A stretch of 64,000 bases of DNA from a virus: positions 43,310-107,309 of IMG/VR virus record IMGVR_UViG_3300047558_000238. One strand, written 5' to 3'. Below are positions 38,513 to 47,063 of the stretch, piece after piece. The translations under genes and the position numbers were made by a program. Below the pieces are notes generated by a model that saw only the letters and a program-made list of their open reading frames with translations, did not search any database and was not told the DNA's origin. Positions within the stretch are counted from its first letter, which is position 1. Each line of letters begins with the position of its first letter.

Positions 38513-39788
38513 CCATCTCGGCGACTCTGCTTCGCTCTGACCTAGTTAGCTTGATGTGAGCAAATAATTCTTCACCCTTAAGCTTTTCTACGACTGAAGC
38601 AATACCATCGTGACGACCAACACGTAGGTTATCGCGCTGGGCAACGTCGCTGCTAATAAATACTCTAGAGTTGTCACCAGTTCGGCTTAGTGCTGTGAGC
38701 AGCACATTGCGCTCTAGGTTTTGAGCCTCGTCCACGATAATAATCGTGTCAGTAAATGTACGTCCACGAATATGAGTTAGCGGGAGTACTTCAATGATTC
38801 CTCGGTCAATAACGTCTTCAATCACATTCTTTGACGTAAATGCACTTAGCGCATCGTATACTGCTGCTGCCCATGGGTTCATCTTCTCCGACTCTGAGCC
38901 AGGGAGGAATCCTAGGTCTTGACCGCCTACTGCAAAGAGTGGACGGAATACAACAATCTTCTTGTGAGTGCGCTGCTCAATGACTGCTTCTAGTCCAGCT
39001 GCCAGTGCAAGCATACTCTTACCTGTACCGCCGCTACCACTCATCGAGACAATGCCGATCGAGTTGTCTAGTAGATGGGCTAGAGCAATTCTCTGCTCTG
39101 CAGATCTTCCTCGTACACCAAAAGCTTCCAGATCCTGCGGAATGAGCTCAAGAGCACCACTAGTGGTCACTCTAGCAATAGCCGATGATCTTCCGCTCTT
39201 TACAATTACTCCAGTATGTGCTGGAGTATCTAGCAAGTCTTCGCTGACTGAACTTAAACGGAGAGTCTTATTTTCATATAGCGAGTCCAGCACCTCGCGG
39301 TCAACCTGAACTTGAACTAGCCCGGTGTATCCGGAATCAGGGAGAATATCTGCCTTATAGTCTTCGGCAACAATACCTGCAGCAGTAGATGCCAGTAGTC
39401 TCATTGGTAGGTCTTTGCTGACTAGTACTACTTTTCTACCTTGACCCGAGAGGGTTGCAGCCACGGTCAGGATGGCTGTGTCGTGAGAGTAGCTATCTCT
39501 AAGAGTCTCTGGTAGTAAGTTTCTATCGCCCTGCGATACTTCTACTCGGAGGGTTCCAGCTTCCGGGGTAACTACTACTCCAGTCTTAAGGTCTCCCTTA
39601 GAGGTTCTTAGTTCTTCTAAAGATCTAAGTGCTTGTCTTGCTAGGTACCCAATCTCTGGGTCATTCCTCTTGGTCTCTAGCTCTTTGATAACAATCAGTG
39701 GCAGTACCACTTCATGCTCCTCGAAAGAAAAAATTGATTTTGGACTAGCTAGTAGAACGCTAGTATCGAGGATATAAGTAGTGACCAC
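38490..39788 (-). CDS. phoH: PIN-domain PhoH-family ATPase (PhoH2-like)
   Basis: LDTSVLL PIN motif; GGTGKS, GFLPG, HIRGRT, DEAQN, RSERS. Confidence 0.9.
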   Translation of the reverse strand: MVTTYILDTSVLLASPKSIFSFEEHEVVLPLIVIKELETKRNDPEIGYLARQALRSLEELRTSKGDLKTGVVVTPEAGTLRVEVSQGDRNLLPETLRDSYSHDTAILTVAATLSGQGRKVVLVSKDLPMRLLASTAAGIVAEDYKADILPDSGYTGLVQVQVDREVLDSLYENKTLRLSSVSEDLLDTPAHTGVIVKSGRSSAIARVTTSGALELIPQDLEAFGVRGRSAEQRIALAHLLDNSIGIVSMSGSGGTGKSMLALAAGLEAVIEQRTHKKIVVFRPLFAVGGQDLGFLPGSESEKMNPWAAAVYDALSAFTSKNVIEDVIDRGIIEVLPLTHIRGRTFTDTIIIVDEAQNLERNVLLTALSRTGDNSRVFISSDVAQRDNLRVGRHDGIASVVEKLKGEELFAHIKLTRSERSRVAEMVTRLLDE

Positions 39789-39849
39789 AAGCACTCTCTC
39801 GTATTGATACAATTGATACTGTCCATGTTACCAGCTTCTGGGAGATGCT

Positions 39850-40035
39850 TTGCCAACGTATGAATATAAGTGTTCTGAAAATTCTGCGCACACATATAAA
39901 GAGATTCGCGGAATGACTGAAGAAGCTACTCGTTCGATTTGCGCTGAAGAAGGTTGTTCCGGTAGACTGATTCGAGTATTCGGAACACCGCCTATTACCT
40001 TTAAAGGGTCAGGGTTTAGCGCTAAGCGAGGATAA
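39850..40035 (+). CDS. FmdB-family zinc-ribbon protein
   Basis: MPTYEYKC...C...C...FKGSGF. Confidence 0.8.
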   Translation: MPTYEYKCSENSAHTYKEIRGMTEEATRSICAEEGCSGRLIRVFGTPPITFKGSGFSAKRG

Positions 40036-40038
40036 TCT

Positions 40039-40341
40039 ATGCTGCCAAAGTCAACTCTTTCACTTGACTATCCTAAGTTTGAAGAGTTTGGGGCAGCCCC
40101 TTGTTCCGAAGTAGATCCAGAGATTTTCTTTGCAGAAGATCGTCTGCCTTCCGCGCCATCTGCATCTAAGCCAATCTATAGGCACGAGCAAGAAGCCAAA
40201 GCTACCTGTATCCGTTGCCCGTATCGTATGGATTGCTTAGACTACGCCCTAAAAAATGAAGATTTACAAGGCATTTGGGGCGGAACTACCGAGCAAGATA
40301 GGCGTAAACTACTACGTAATAGGCGTGCTCGACTGCTCTAG
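40039..40341 (+). CDS. whiB: WhiB-family transcription factor
   Basis: C...DPE.FF, AK..C..CP.R..C...AL, GIWGGTTE..R. Confidence 0.9.
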   Translation: MLPKSTLSLDYPKFEEFGAAPCSEVDPEIFFAEDRLPSAPSASKPIYRHEQEAKATCIRCPYRMDCLDYALKNEDLQGIWGGTTEQDRRKLLRNRRARLL

Positions 40342-40433
40342 TGGGGCAGTAAACACAACTAATCTTGTGATACAATAGAAGTGCCTTGGGAGAGGTGGCG
40401 TAATTATTCGCACTCTAACTCCCGGGAGAACTT

Positions 40434-40814
40434 GTGGACATCACAAAAATCATATTTAAGAGATCTATTGCTCTTATCATCCTCCGCATTAGCGGAACTC
40501 TAGCTGCTGGTAGCATCGGTGGCGTCGAACTGTGGCAGTCAGCCCTAATCGCGGCATTCATTGGAATTATGGATGTTGCAGAATCGCTTTCTCGTTCATA
40601 CGTTGTTGACGGTGACCTAACTGTAGCTGAGATCAATACTGCGTTTGCAAGCTCGGCAGAAGCAGAGCTTTCGGCAGCCGCAAAGGCATCGGAAGTTGCT
40701 GCTGTAGCTGCTGCACCTGTAGTTGCTACTGTTGCTGTTACTGCAGCACCACTAGATGAAGACGACGAAGACGTCGAGCTAGTGGATGATGAGGACGATG
40801 CTCCAACTGCATAA
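40434..40814 (+). CDS. Membrane protein (holin-like?), paralog of 62952-63251
   Basis: AGSI.G...W.SA...DG.....E.N..F shared with the paralog; acidic tail. Confidence 0.6.
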   Translation: MDITKIIFKRSIALIILRISGTLAAGSIGGVELWQSALIAAFIGIMDVAESLSRSYVVDGDLTVAEINTAFASSAEAELSAAAKASEVAAVAAAPVVATVAVTAAPLDEDDEDVELVDDEDDAPTA

Positions 40815-40825
40815 ATAAGTCAGTA

Positions 40826-40863
40826 AAAGAATACCTAGGCATAATTTGCCTGGGTATTTCTTT
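40826..40863 (+). terminator. Intrinsic terminator
   Basis: AATACCTAGGCA-TAATT-TGCCTGGGTATT followed by a T-run. Confidence 0.75.
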
Positions 40864-40880
40864 TATGCTACGCTTTTTGC

Positions 40881-41123
40881 ATGGATATTGATTTCGAACA
40901 GTGGCTAGCACTAGGTATCAACAATGGTTGGTGTGGTCCTGCAGTATGTTACACTCATGACGGTTTACCTACTTCAGAGCCGGAAGACGCTGACTTTGAA
41001 GAGGGCGGCGATCCTTGTCTACACATCATCAGATTGTATGAAGATGACGAGAACAAGGCTGCTGTAGAAGCAAACCATTCTGCATCAATTTGGCGTGCAA
41101 CTAATCGCGGAATTGATGTATAA
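40881..41123 (+). CDS. Hypothetical protein
   Basis: TACGCT-N6-ATG; CGP.VC.THDG, DPC.H..R. Confidence 0.65.
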   Translation: MDIDFEQWLALGINNGWCGPAVCYTHDGLPTSEPEDADFEEGGDPCLHIIRLYEDDENKAAVEANHSASIWRATNRGIDV

Positions 41124-41154
41124 TTAAATCCCATACAATAAAGAAGGAATGACA

Positions 41155-41283
41155 ATGGCAAAAGGCAAGGGTGGAGCTCCAGCTCCTCAGAAGTCGACTA
41201 CTGACCGCAAGAATGGGAAGGCTTCGAAGAAGCGTCCAAAAATCTTTGATGCAGTCAAGCGTCGTCTAGTGACTAAAAACTAA
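41155..41283 (+). CDS. Small basic protein (42 aa), absent from the ORF track
   Basis: AAGGA SD; MAKGKGGAPAPQKSTTDRKNGKASKKRPKIFDAVKRRLVTKN. Confidence 0.65.
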   Translation: MAKGKGGAPAPQKSTTDRKNGKASKKRPKIFDAVKRRLVTKN

Positions 41284-41291
41284 ACAGGTTT

Positions 41292-41364
41292 TGCCCTATA
41301 ACTCAATTGGCAGAGTGACGAGCTGTTAACTCGTAAGTTCCTGGTTCGAGTCCAGGTGGGGCAG
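41292..41364 (+). tRNA. tRNA-Asn(GTT)
   Basis: Cloverleaf; anticodon arm ACGAG-CTGTTAA-CTCGT. Confidence 0.92.
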
Positions 41365-41502
41365 CGACTTACAACTGCGGTTCGTAATTGTTCAGCACCT
41401 CGCAAGAGATTAAGTTGTAAGCAACTATCTATAGAAGCCCGAAAGGGTCACTATTTATAGCAAAAAGGCTCGCCAGAGCCCGCGTATGCGAATCTGGCAC
41501 TT

Positions 41503-41573
41503 GCGGATATTGCATAGTGGTAGTGCCTCTGACTTCCAATCAGACGGTGCGGGTTCGATTCCCGCTATCCGCT
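41503..41573 (+). tRNA. tRNA-Gly(TCC)
   Basis: GCGGATA/TATCCGC acceptor stem; TCTGA-CTTCCAA-TCAGA. Confidence 0.92.
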
Positions 41574-41652
41574 CGGAGAGCCCCCTGAGGTTTTTAGCTA
41601 ATTTATGGCGTTCATGGCCTGATGGGGGCTGCTCCTTATAACTAAATATCGA

Positions 41653-41997
41653 GGGGATGACTGGTTTCGACAGTCACCCGAAAAATTAGTGAAGCAAGCA
41701 GAGAAGCCTGTACCTCTTGAATCGGGCAAAGAAATAAATGCAAACTCACGTTCCGCATTCGCTCTAGCTGCGTAGCCTAGCTACAACGCTTCGGCCCCTA
41801 GCAAAGCACTAGTCCTAAGTGGGCAGCTAGGTTTTAAATAAGTAGGACAACTAGCATCACGGTAACGATTCAAGCCGCAATTGGATCTGACTCGATGTCT
41901 GGCAGGTCAAACTTCGAGAATACAAGGAAAGCTGCCTAAGCTTGTAGAAGACTAGTTAAACGGTGATTGGACCGGGGTTCGATTCCCCGCATCTCCA
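41653..41997 (+). ncRNA. ssrA: tmRNA; tag reading frame ANSRSAFALAA* at 41740-41775
   Basis: 5' GGGGATGA..GGTTTCGAC; 3' T-arm CGGGGTTCGATTCCCCG and CATCTCCA; resume context AATAAAT-GCA. Confidence 0.93.
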
Positions 41998-41999
41998 CT

Positions 42000-42614
42000 T
42001 TAAAGAAGCTTCTCGATTTCTGAGCAAATGAGCTCATAAGCTTCTTCTTTAGTCATAGCCGGAGCGTCCCCTTCTTTAAGCGTAACTACGCCATTCTTTA
42101 CGTTGTCATAGTAGTAGTCCAGTAGTGTTGAGTTGTGGAATCGCTCGACTACATTGCCATCTCTATCAACTAAAAACTTCTCGAAATTGCCGCCCATAGG
42201 GAAACCTTCTGGAGCTAATGCGGCATAAAGAGGGTGAGTCTCTCTATAGTTGTTTCGCTTCTCTCTCCAGACCTTATCTACTTGAGAAGTAATCATCTCC
42301 GAAAAGTCGTAAGTAACTTGATAAGTATCTAGAGCGTAAGTTCTAGCATCATTGGCGCAGGTAATTCCATTCTCCCACTCGTCGTAGGTAATGCCTGGCC
42401 CACAGAAGTCGTTAGTTGGTATAGCAACTACAGCGAACCCTCTGTCCTTGTACTTCTGATATATCTGCTCTAAAGGAGCTAACTGAGGAGCATTACCGCA
42501 GTTGGCCGTGACATTTACAATCATGGTAACCTTGCCACGATATTTAGCTAAGAAGTTGTCTCTCTCGTCCCAAGACTTTAGGGGGATGTCATATATAGAA
42601 GTAGAGTTAGTCAC
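42000..42614 (-). CDS. Glutathione peroxidase-family protein (Cys type, divergent)
   Basis: GKV..IVNV...CG..PQ...L, P.N.F, NFEKFLVDRDG..V.RF. Confidence 0.85.
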   Translation of the reverse strand: MTNSTSIYDIPLKSWDERDNFLAKYRGKVTMIVNVTANCGNAPQLAPLEQIYQKYKDRGFAVVAIPTNDFCGPGITYDEWENGITCANDARTYALDTYQVTYDFSEMITSQVDKVWREKRNNYRETHPLYAALAPEGFPMGGNFEKFLVDRDGNVVERFHNSTLLDYYYDNVKNGVVTLKEGDAPAMTKEEAYELICSEIEKLL

Positions 42615-42721
42615 GATGTGGTAGTCCTTAGTCCGGGCACATCTCTGGTAGCGTTAAGCATTACCGAGATTGCTATTTCATAGTAAAATTTTACTCTAGA
42701 TGTTTAACACCTATTGAGGAC

Positions 42722-43366
42722 GTGCTTGTGCCATACGATATGGATCCTGTGACTTTAGATAGCTATATCGACGATGCTATGGTTTCAGAATTAGTCGAGT
42801 TTCTTGATCCGCTACTTAAGCCAACTCCACGAGATGGTATGCGTGGCGCTCTAGGCTATGAGACGTCTGAAATTGCAGCAGCAGTTGGTTCTACTATTCC
42901 AGCTATAGGTGGGTATGAAGGTACTGACCATGAAGAGACTGTAGCTAGGCTAGGGCAGCTATATCTTAAAGTTAGAGCATCTATGGAAGAGCATTTTGGG
43001 GTCGAGATGGATCTTGTCAACTGTAGCTATCAGGAGCTCACAAAAGGTGCAGGCAATCCTATGCACTCGGATAGCACTAAATTAGACGGATCGCCGTGGC
43101 GAGATGACGGTATAGAAGAAGAGCTAGAGTTTTCTGCCCTAATTTATCTAAATACCTGGGGAGTTGACTTTACTGGTGGCGAAATAGAGTTTCCGCTACA
43201 AAATACTGTAATTAAGCCTAAAGCCGGTCAGCTTGTATTCTTCAGGGGTGACGTTGAACACCTGCATGAAGTAAAAACAGTAGAGAGTGGCGTACGTAAA
43301 AATTTAGTATTTTTCTACGGTAGGCGCGGAAATACTTCTAAAATTGGCCACTTCTTAAAGGACTAA
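42722..43366 (+). CDS. 2OG-Fe(II) oxygenase
   Basis: HSD, YLN...FTGGEI.F, HEV..V.SG.R. Start uncertain. Confidence 0.88.
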   Translation: MLVPYDMDPVTLDSYIDDAMVSELVEFLDPLLKPTPRDGMRGALGYETSEIAAAVGSTIPAIGGYEGTDHEETVARLGQLYLKVRASMEEHFGVEMDLVNCSYQELTKGAGNPMHSDSTKLDGSPWRDDGIEEELEFSALIYLNTWGVDFTGGEIEFPLQNTVIKPKAGQLVFFRGDVEHLHEVKTVESGVRKNLVFFYGRRGNTSKIGHFLKD

Positions 43367-43725
43367 GCAGTTCCAGTAACATATCTACTTAGCATCTCGT
43401 ATTCTGGATTTTTTGTAGCATATTCCTGAATTTTGTAGTACTGCTCAGCGATGATATTAGACATCTCATGCCACTGGTCCGGGTTTTCGATTAGTGGGTG
43501 CCAAGTTGTTCCGTCAAAAACTGCTGGAGCTTCTTCTCCATACACGAGAACGTAGCCTAAGGTCTGGCCATTCTCTTCGAAGGGGCTAAATAGAATGCGA
43601 TCTGGGTCGTTCCATAGACGAGCTCCTCGCATGATGCCTGCACGTGGCTTAATCACAATGACTCCTTCGATATGTCTAGTAGCTATAGTTGCTTTTATTT
43701 TATATGTCTCTAGGTCAGTAGTCAA
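43363..43725 (-). CDS. Hypothetical protein
   Basis: ORF fills the gap between two oxygenase genes. Confidence 0.5.
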   Translation of the reverse strand: MTTDLETYKIKATIATRHIEGVIVIKPRAGIMRGARLWNDPDRILFSPFEENGQTLGYVLVYGEEAPAVFDGTTWHPLIENPDQWHEMSNIIAEQYYKIQEYATKNPEYEMLSRYVTGTA

Positions 43726-43751
43726 CTATTTTATTGGAGTATACTCTAGAC

Positions 43752-44402
43752 ATGACTAACTTTACTCTAGAGCTAGAAGATTTTACTCAAGCTGGGCTGT
43801 CAGCTGAAGAGGTCTGCACAAATATTTTTGTTGTGCGTAATTTTTTGCTCCCTTCTGAGATTGATGCACTGATGGCGCAGTTCGAAAAAATGTCAGAAGA
43901 AGATTGGAAGCGACAGTACACAGAGAGTCTGTACGAGTTTATAGCCACTCAGTATGGCGTAAATACGTTTGAAGAGGCTCAGGCGCTGGGGCACCGTATT
44001 GATATTGATTCTAACTGGGTAGATAAGAATGCTCTAATTGAAGACCGAGATATTTCTATTGCTCTTAGTAATCGACTAGGGGCTATCTTTGCGCCTCGTG
44101 CTGAGTTTGAGTTTCGAGGCGTAGGTTCTGTTCAGCGTCAATATGAAGGCGTAAAGTTGAATGAGCATCTAGACAGCGAGTCAAATCCTCTAGTTGCATA
44201 CGCTTGCGTCATCTATGTGAATGATGATTTTACTGAAGGAGAGCTTAACTTTCCTCGACTCGGGTTTAAGTACAAGCCAGAAGCTGGTGCGCTAATAGTT
44301 TTTCCGTCTAAGCCTGAGTATCTACATGGCGTGCTTCCAGTTGGTCCAGGGCCTACTAGATACGCACTGCCAGCATTTGTGAACAAGAAGGTAGAAGAAT
44401 AG
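43752..44402 (+). CDS. 2OG-Fe(II) oxygenase
   Basis: HLD, YVNDDF..GEL.F, HGV.....GP.RY; TATACT-N6-ATG. Confidence 0.88.
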   Translation: MTNFTLELEDFTQAGLSAEEVCTNIFVVRNFLLPSEIDALMAQFEKMSEEDWKRQYTESLYEFIATQYGVNTFEEAQALGHRIDIDSNWVDKNALIEDRDISIALSNRLGAIFAPRAEFEFRGVGSVQRQYEGVKLNEHLDSESNPLVAYACVIYVNDDFTEGELNFPRLGFKYKPEAGALIVFPSKPEYLHGVLPVGPGPTRYALPAFVNKKVEE

Positions 44403-44403
44403 T

Positions 44404-45102
44404 ATGCCAATTAATGTAGATGCCTTTACTTCTGCTGGGTATAAGGTAAAAGAGCTAGCTACTGAGGTCTGGGAAGTCGAAGACTTCATGGGTCAGGATG
44501 ACATCCAAAAAATCTTTGAGTTTATCTCTACCCTCGCAGAAGAAGACTGGATTGGTCACTATATGGACCACCTCCGCGATAAGGCCGAGAAAGAGTTTGG
44601 TACTCGAGACATCGAGACTCTCCAGAAGGAGGGGAAGATGGAAATTACCTTCGACTGGGCAGACAAAAATATTAGACTTCCTGACTACGAAATTCTAGAC
44701 AGAATAAACCGTGGAATAGAGAGCATCATCTCGTATGACCCAAACCTGTACTTTACTGGAGCTGGCACTATCCAGCGTCAATATGAAGGGTCTGATCTCA
44801 AAGTTCATGTTGATAATCACGTAGACCCGTATGTTGCATATGCTGCAGTCATCTACTTAAACGATGACTATGCGTATGGAGAAGTGATCTTTCCCGAGCA
44901 AGGATTAGAGCTTAAACCAAAGCCTGGATCGATGTTAATGTTCTCGTCAGGAGAGACTCATCCGCATGGGGTAAACCCTCCTGGCCCTGGCCCGCTGCGA
45001 TATGTTATTCCGTGTTTTATTAAGCAGCACGTCCTGCCTGAAGGGTTCATACATCAGCCGAGTGCCATGCACCTTAAGTATCAAACTAAGAAGAAGTACT
45101 AA
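44404..45102 (+). CDS. 2OG-Fe(II) oxygenase, tandem paralog of 43752-44402
   Basis: QRQYEG..L..H.D, YLNDDY, HGV..PGPGP.RY. Confidence 0.88.
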   Translation: MPINVDAFTSAGYKVKELATEVWEVEDFMGQDDIQKIFEFISTLAEEDWIGHYMDHLRDKAEKEFGTRDIETLQKEGKMEITFDWADKNIRLPDYEILDRINRGIESIISYDPNLYFTGAGTIQRQYEGSDLKVHVDNHVDPYVAYAAVIYLNDDYAYGEVIFPEQGLELKPKPGSMLMFSSGETHPHGVNPPGPGPLRYVIPCFIKQHVLPEGFIHQPSAMHLKYQTKKKY

Positions 45103-45142
45103 CTTTGTAGTATCCTAAGGTCTTGAAATCTAAGGAGACTGG

Positions 45143-45493
45143 GTGGGTAGGAAGAAAAAGGTAGTACAGTCTGGTCCACGGCCTAACGATGAATGGGTCT
45201 ATTTGACTGAGATGCAGATTAATGGGCGCAATGTTACCAAGGGTACCGAACTAAAAATTTCTGGTGAGCGAGGTCGATTTCGCTTTGTTCAGTTTGTAAA
45301 AACTGATAAAGAAATTGAATGGATTGATGTCTGGGGCGGCCCTAAGGGTGCGGAAACTATGAGAAGCTTCAAACTAGATCGAGTAAAGCGCGTTCACTAT
45401 AAAAACCAAACTGTTGGTAATCTGTCGCTTGAATATAAAGCAAAACGTGCTGCTATAAAAGCAGAAAAAGAATCCGAGACAACTTCTGATTAG
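45143..45493 (+). CDS. Hypothetical basic protein
   Basis: AAGGAG SD; GERGRFRF, EWIDVWGG. Confidence 0.65.
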   Translation: MGRKKKVVQSGPRPNDEWVYLTEMQINGRNVTKGTELKISGERGRFRFVQFVKTDKEIEWIDVWGGPKGAETMRSFKLDRVKRVHYKNQTVGNLSLEYKAKRAAIKAEKESETTSD

Positions 45494-45571
45494 GAATAAT
45501 CTAATAGTCCCTGTATACTAGAGATACCCCGAGCACGGGTTCTAACTAATACAAACACTGAGGAGCACAAA

Positions 45572-46003
45572 GTGTCTTTATCTTCACCAGTCCCTGAACG
45601 TATGGCCGCTAGAAAAGCCTACTGGGAGTACAATAAATACCGAGAACTACTTAAAAACATGGGAGACATCGAGCTAGTCCCGTTCGATGAGGTTGCAGAC
45701 CATCTAGATATGGATCTAGAGTCCTGGCAGTCCGGATCTCTCTACCCTCTTCATCCTGTCTTTCTACTGGCAGAGCACTTTATGTCAGAAGATGGTAGTG
45801 GTTATGAAAGGCCGTACGTTAATATCCACTGGCGTGGGAATACTATGCTTATTCCAGCGTACTCGGAGTACGGAGATGTATACCTTATTGCTTTAGGATT
45901 TCATAAAGGAGAGACAAAAACCGGACTTGTTAGGTTTATCAACCCTCCAACTGAAACTAAAGAAAAACTACTGGAGATTGTCCAGATGTACGAGACGCGC
46001 TAA
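45572..46003 (+). CDS. Hypothetical protein
   Basis: GAGGAG SD; upstream TATACT. Confidence 0.6.
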   Translation: MSLSSPVPERMAARKAYWEYNKYRELLKNMGDIELVPFDEVADHLDMDLESWQSGSLYPLHPVFLLAEHFMSEDGSGYERPYVNIHWRGNTMLIPAYSEYGDVYLIALGFHKGETKTGLVRFINPPTETKEKLLEIVQMYETR

Positions 46004-46022
46004 GACAAGGAAAAAAAAGAAT

Positions 46023-46499
46023 ATGTGTAATGGTTCATGCAGATGTGGTAGAGCAGACGGCCCTACCGTTAATATTCAGCTAATCGATAATGGTGTAGCT
46101 CCTGCGTACGCTAAAGCAGGGGATGCTGGTGCAGACTTAGTTGCTCGTGAAGAGGTTAGAATTCCAGCCCATCAGTGGGCACTAGTTCCTACTGGAATCA
46201 AGATTGAGATTCCTGAAGGGTATGTGGGTCTAGTACATCCTCGCAGTGGTCTTGCTCTTAAGCAGGGCATCACTGTTTTGAATACTCCTGGAACTATTGA
46301 TGCTGGCTATCGTGGTGAAGTTGGCGTTGTGTTATATAACGCTAGCCCTATTGACTTTACTGCTAAAGTTGGCGATAGAATTGCTCAGCTGGTTATCCAG
46401 AAAGTAGAGACTGCTAACTTTAAAATAGTAGACGCGCTAACTGATACTGATCGCGGATTAGGTGGATTCGGATCTACAGGTGTAGAATTGAATAGCTAA
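46023..46499 (+). CDS. dut: Trimeric dUTPase
   Basis: AGADL, PRSGLA, GTIDAGYRGE, DRIAQL, RGLGGFGSTG. Confidence 0.93.
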   Translation: MCNGSCRCGRADGPTVNIQLIDNGVAPAYAKAGDAGADLVAREEVRIPAHQWALVPTGIKIEIPEGYVGLVHPRSGLALKQGITVLNTPGTIDAGYRGEVGVVLYNASPIDFTAKVGDRIAQLVIQKVETANFKIVDALTDTDRGLGGFGSTGVELNS

Positions 46500-46506
46500 A
46501 TAGCTA

Positions 46507-46580
46507 GGTCCTGTAGCTCAGTTGGTTAGAGCGCCGCCCTGTCACGGCGGAGGTCGACGGTTCAAGCCCGTTCAGGATCG
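46507..46580 (+). tRNA. tRNA-Asp(GTC)
   Basis: Cloverleaf; CCGCC-CTGTCAC-GGCGG. Confidence 0.93.
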
Positions 46581-46585
46581 CGTTA

Positions 46586-46657
46586 GGCCTCATAGTTTAT
46601 CGGTTAGAACGCCGCCCTTTCACGGCGGAAGGGCGAGTTCGATTCTCGCTGAGGCTG
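46586..46657 (+). tRNA. tRNA-Glu(TTC)
   Basis: Cloverleaf; CCGCC-CTTTCAC-GGCGG. Confidence 0.92.
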
Positions 46658-46675
46658 CGACACAACTAAATACTT

Positions 46676-46751
46676 GCCTCCTTAGCTCAGTTGGTAGAGC
46701 GCGATACTTGTAATATCGATGTCATCGGTTCGATTCCGGTAGGGGGCTCCA
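46676..46751 (+). tRNA. tRNA-Thr(TGT), CCA encoded
   Basis: Cloverleaf; CGATA-CTTGTAA-TATCG. Confidence 0.92.
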
Positions 46752-46797
46752 ACAGGCAGAGATACTGTCTCGGAGGCATCTGAGATAAGTCAAACCT

Positions 46798-46880
46798 GGA
46801 GCTATAGTGTTAGGGGCAGCACGCGGAGGTCTGAATGCAGGACATAATCCGAAGCCTTGGTTCGAATCCAAGTAGCTCAA
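46798..46880 (+). tRNA. Anomalous tRNA (Gln-like body) with 11 extra nt in the anticodon arm
   Basis: GAGCTA/TAGCTC acceptor stem, GTGT/GCAC D-stem and CTTGG-TTCGAAT-CCAAG T-arm are intact; CGGA/TCCG closes 20 nt instead of 9. Confidence 0.7.
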
Positions 46881-46896
46881 TTTAACTAAATAATAT

Positions 46897-46984
46897 GGAA
46901 GCGTGGCCGAGCGGCCTAAGGCGGCAGTCTTGAAAACTGTTGTAGTGAAAGCTACCGTGGGTTCAAATCCTACCGCTTCCGCCA
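46897..46984 (+). tRNA. tRNA-Ser(TGA), CCA encoded
   Basis: GCAGT-CTTGAAA-ACTGT; long variable arm. Confidence 0.93.
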
Positions 46985-47058
46985 CGAGACTTAGCTCAGC
47001 CGGTTAGAGCAGCGGACTCATAATCCGTCGGTCGTGGGTTCAAGTCCCACAGTCTCGA
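46985..47058 (+). tRNA. tRNA with CAT anticodon (Met or Ile2)
   Basis: GCGGA-CTCATAA-TCCGT; starts immediately after the Ser CCA. Confidence 0.88.
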
Positions 47059-47063
47059 CTTGG

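Noticed and set aside
41466-41498. HDV-like (theta) ribozyme near the tRNAs
   Set aside because: CGAA followed by a pairing strand is suggestive, but there is no room for P3/L3 and the P1 3' strand. Kept only as an unknown structure.
46752-46797. Hairpins in the spacer after tRNA-Thr
   Set aside because: Short alternative stems rich in G-U pairs with no recognisable motif; too weak to call.
46522-46985. ORFs 46522-46713 and 46722-46985 (also 47619-47837)
   Set aside because: They overlap well-formed tRNA genes.
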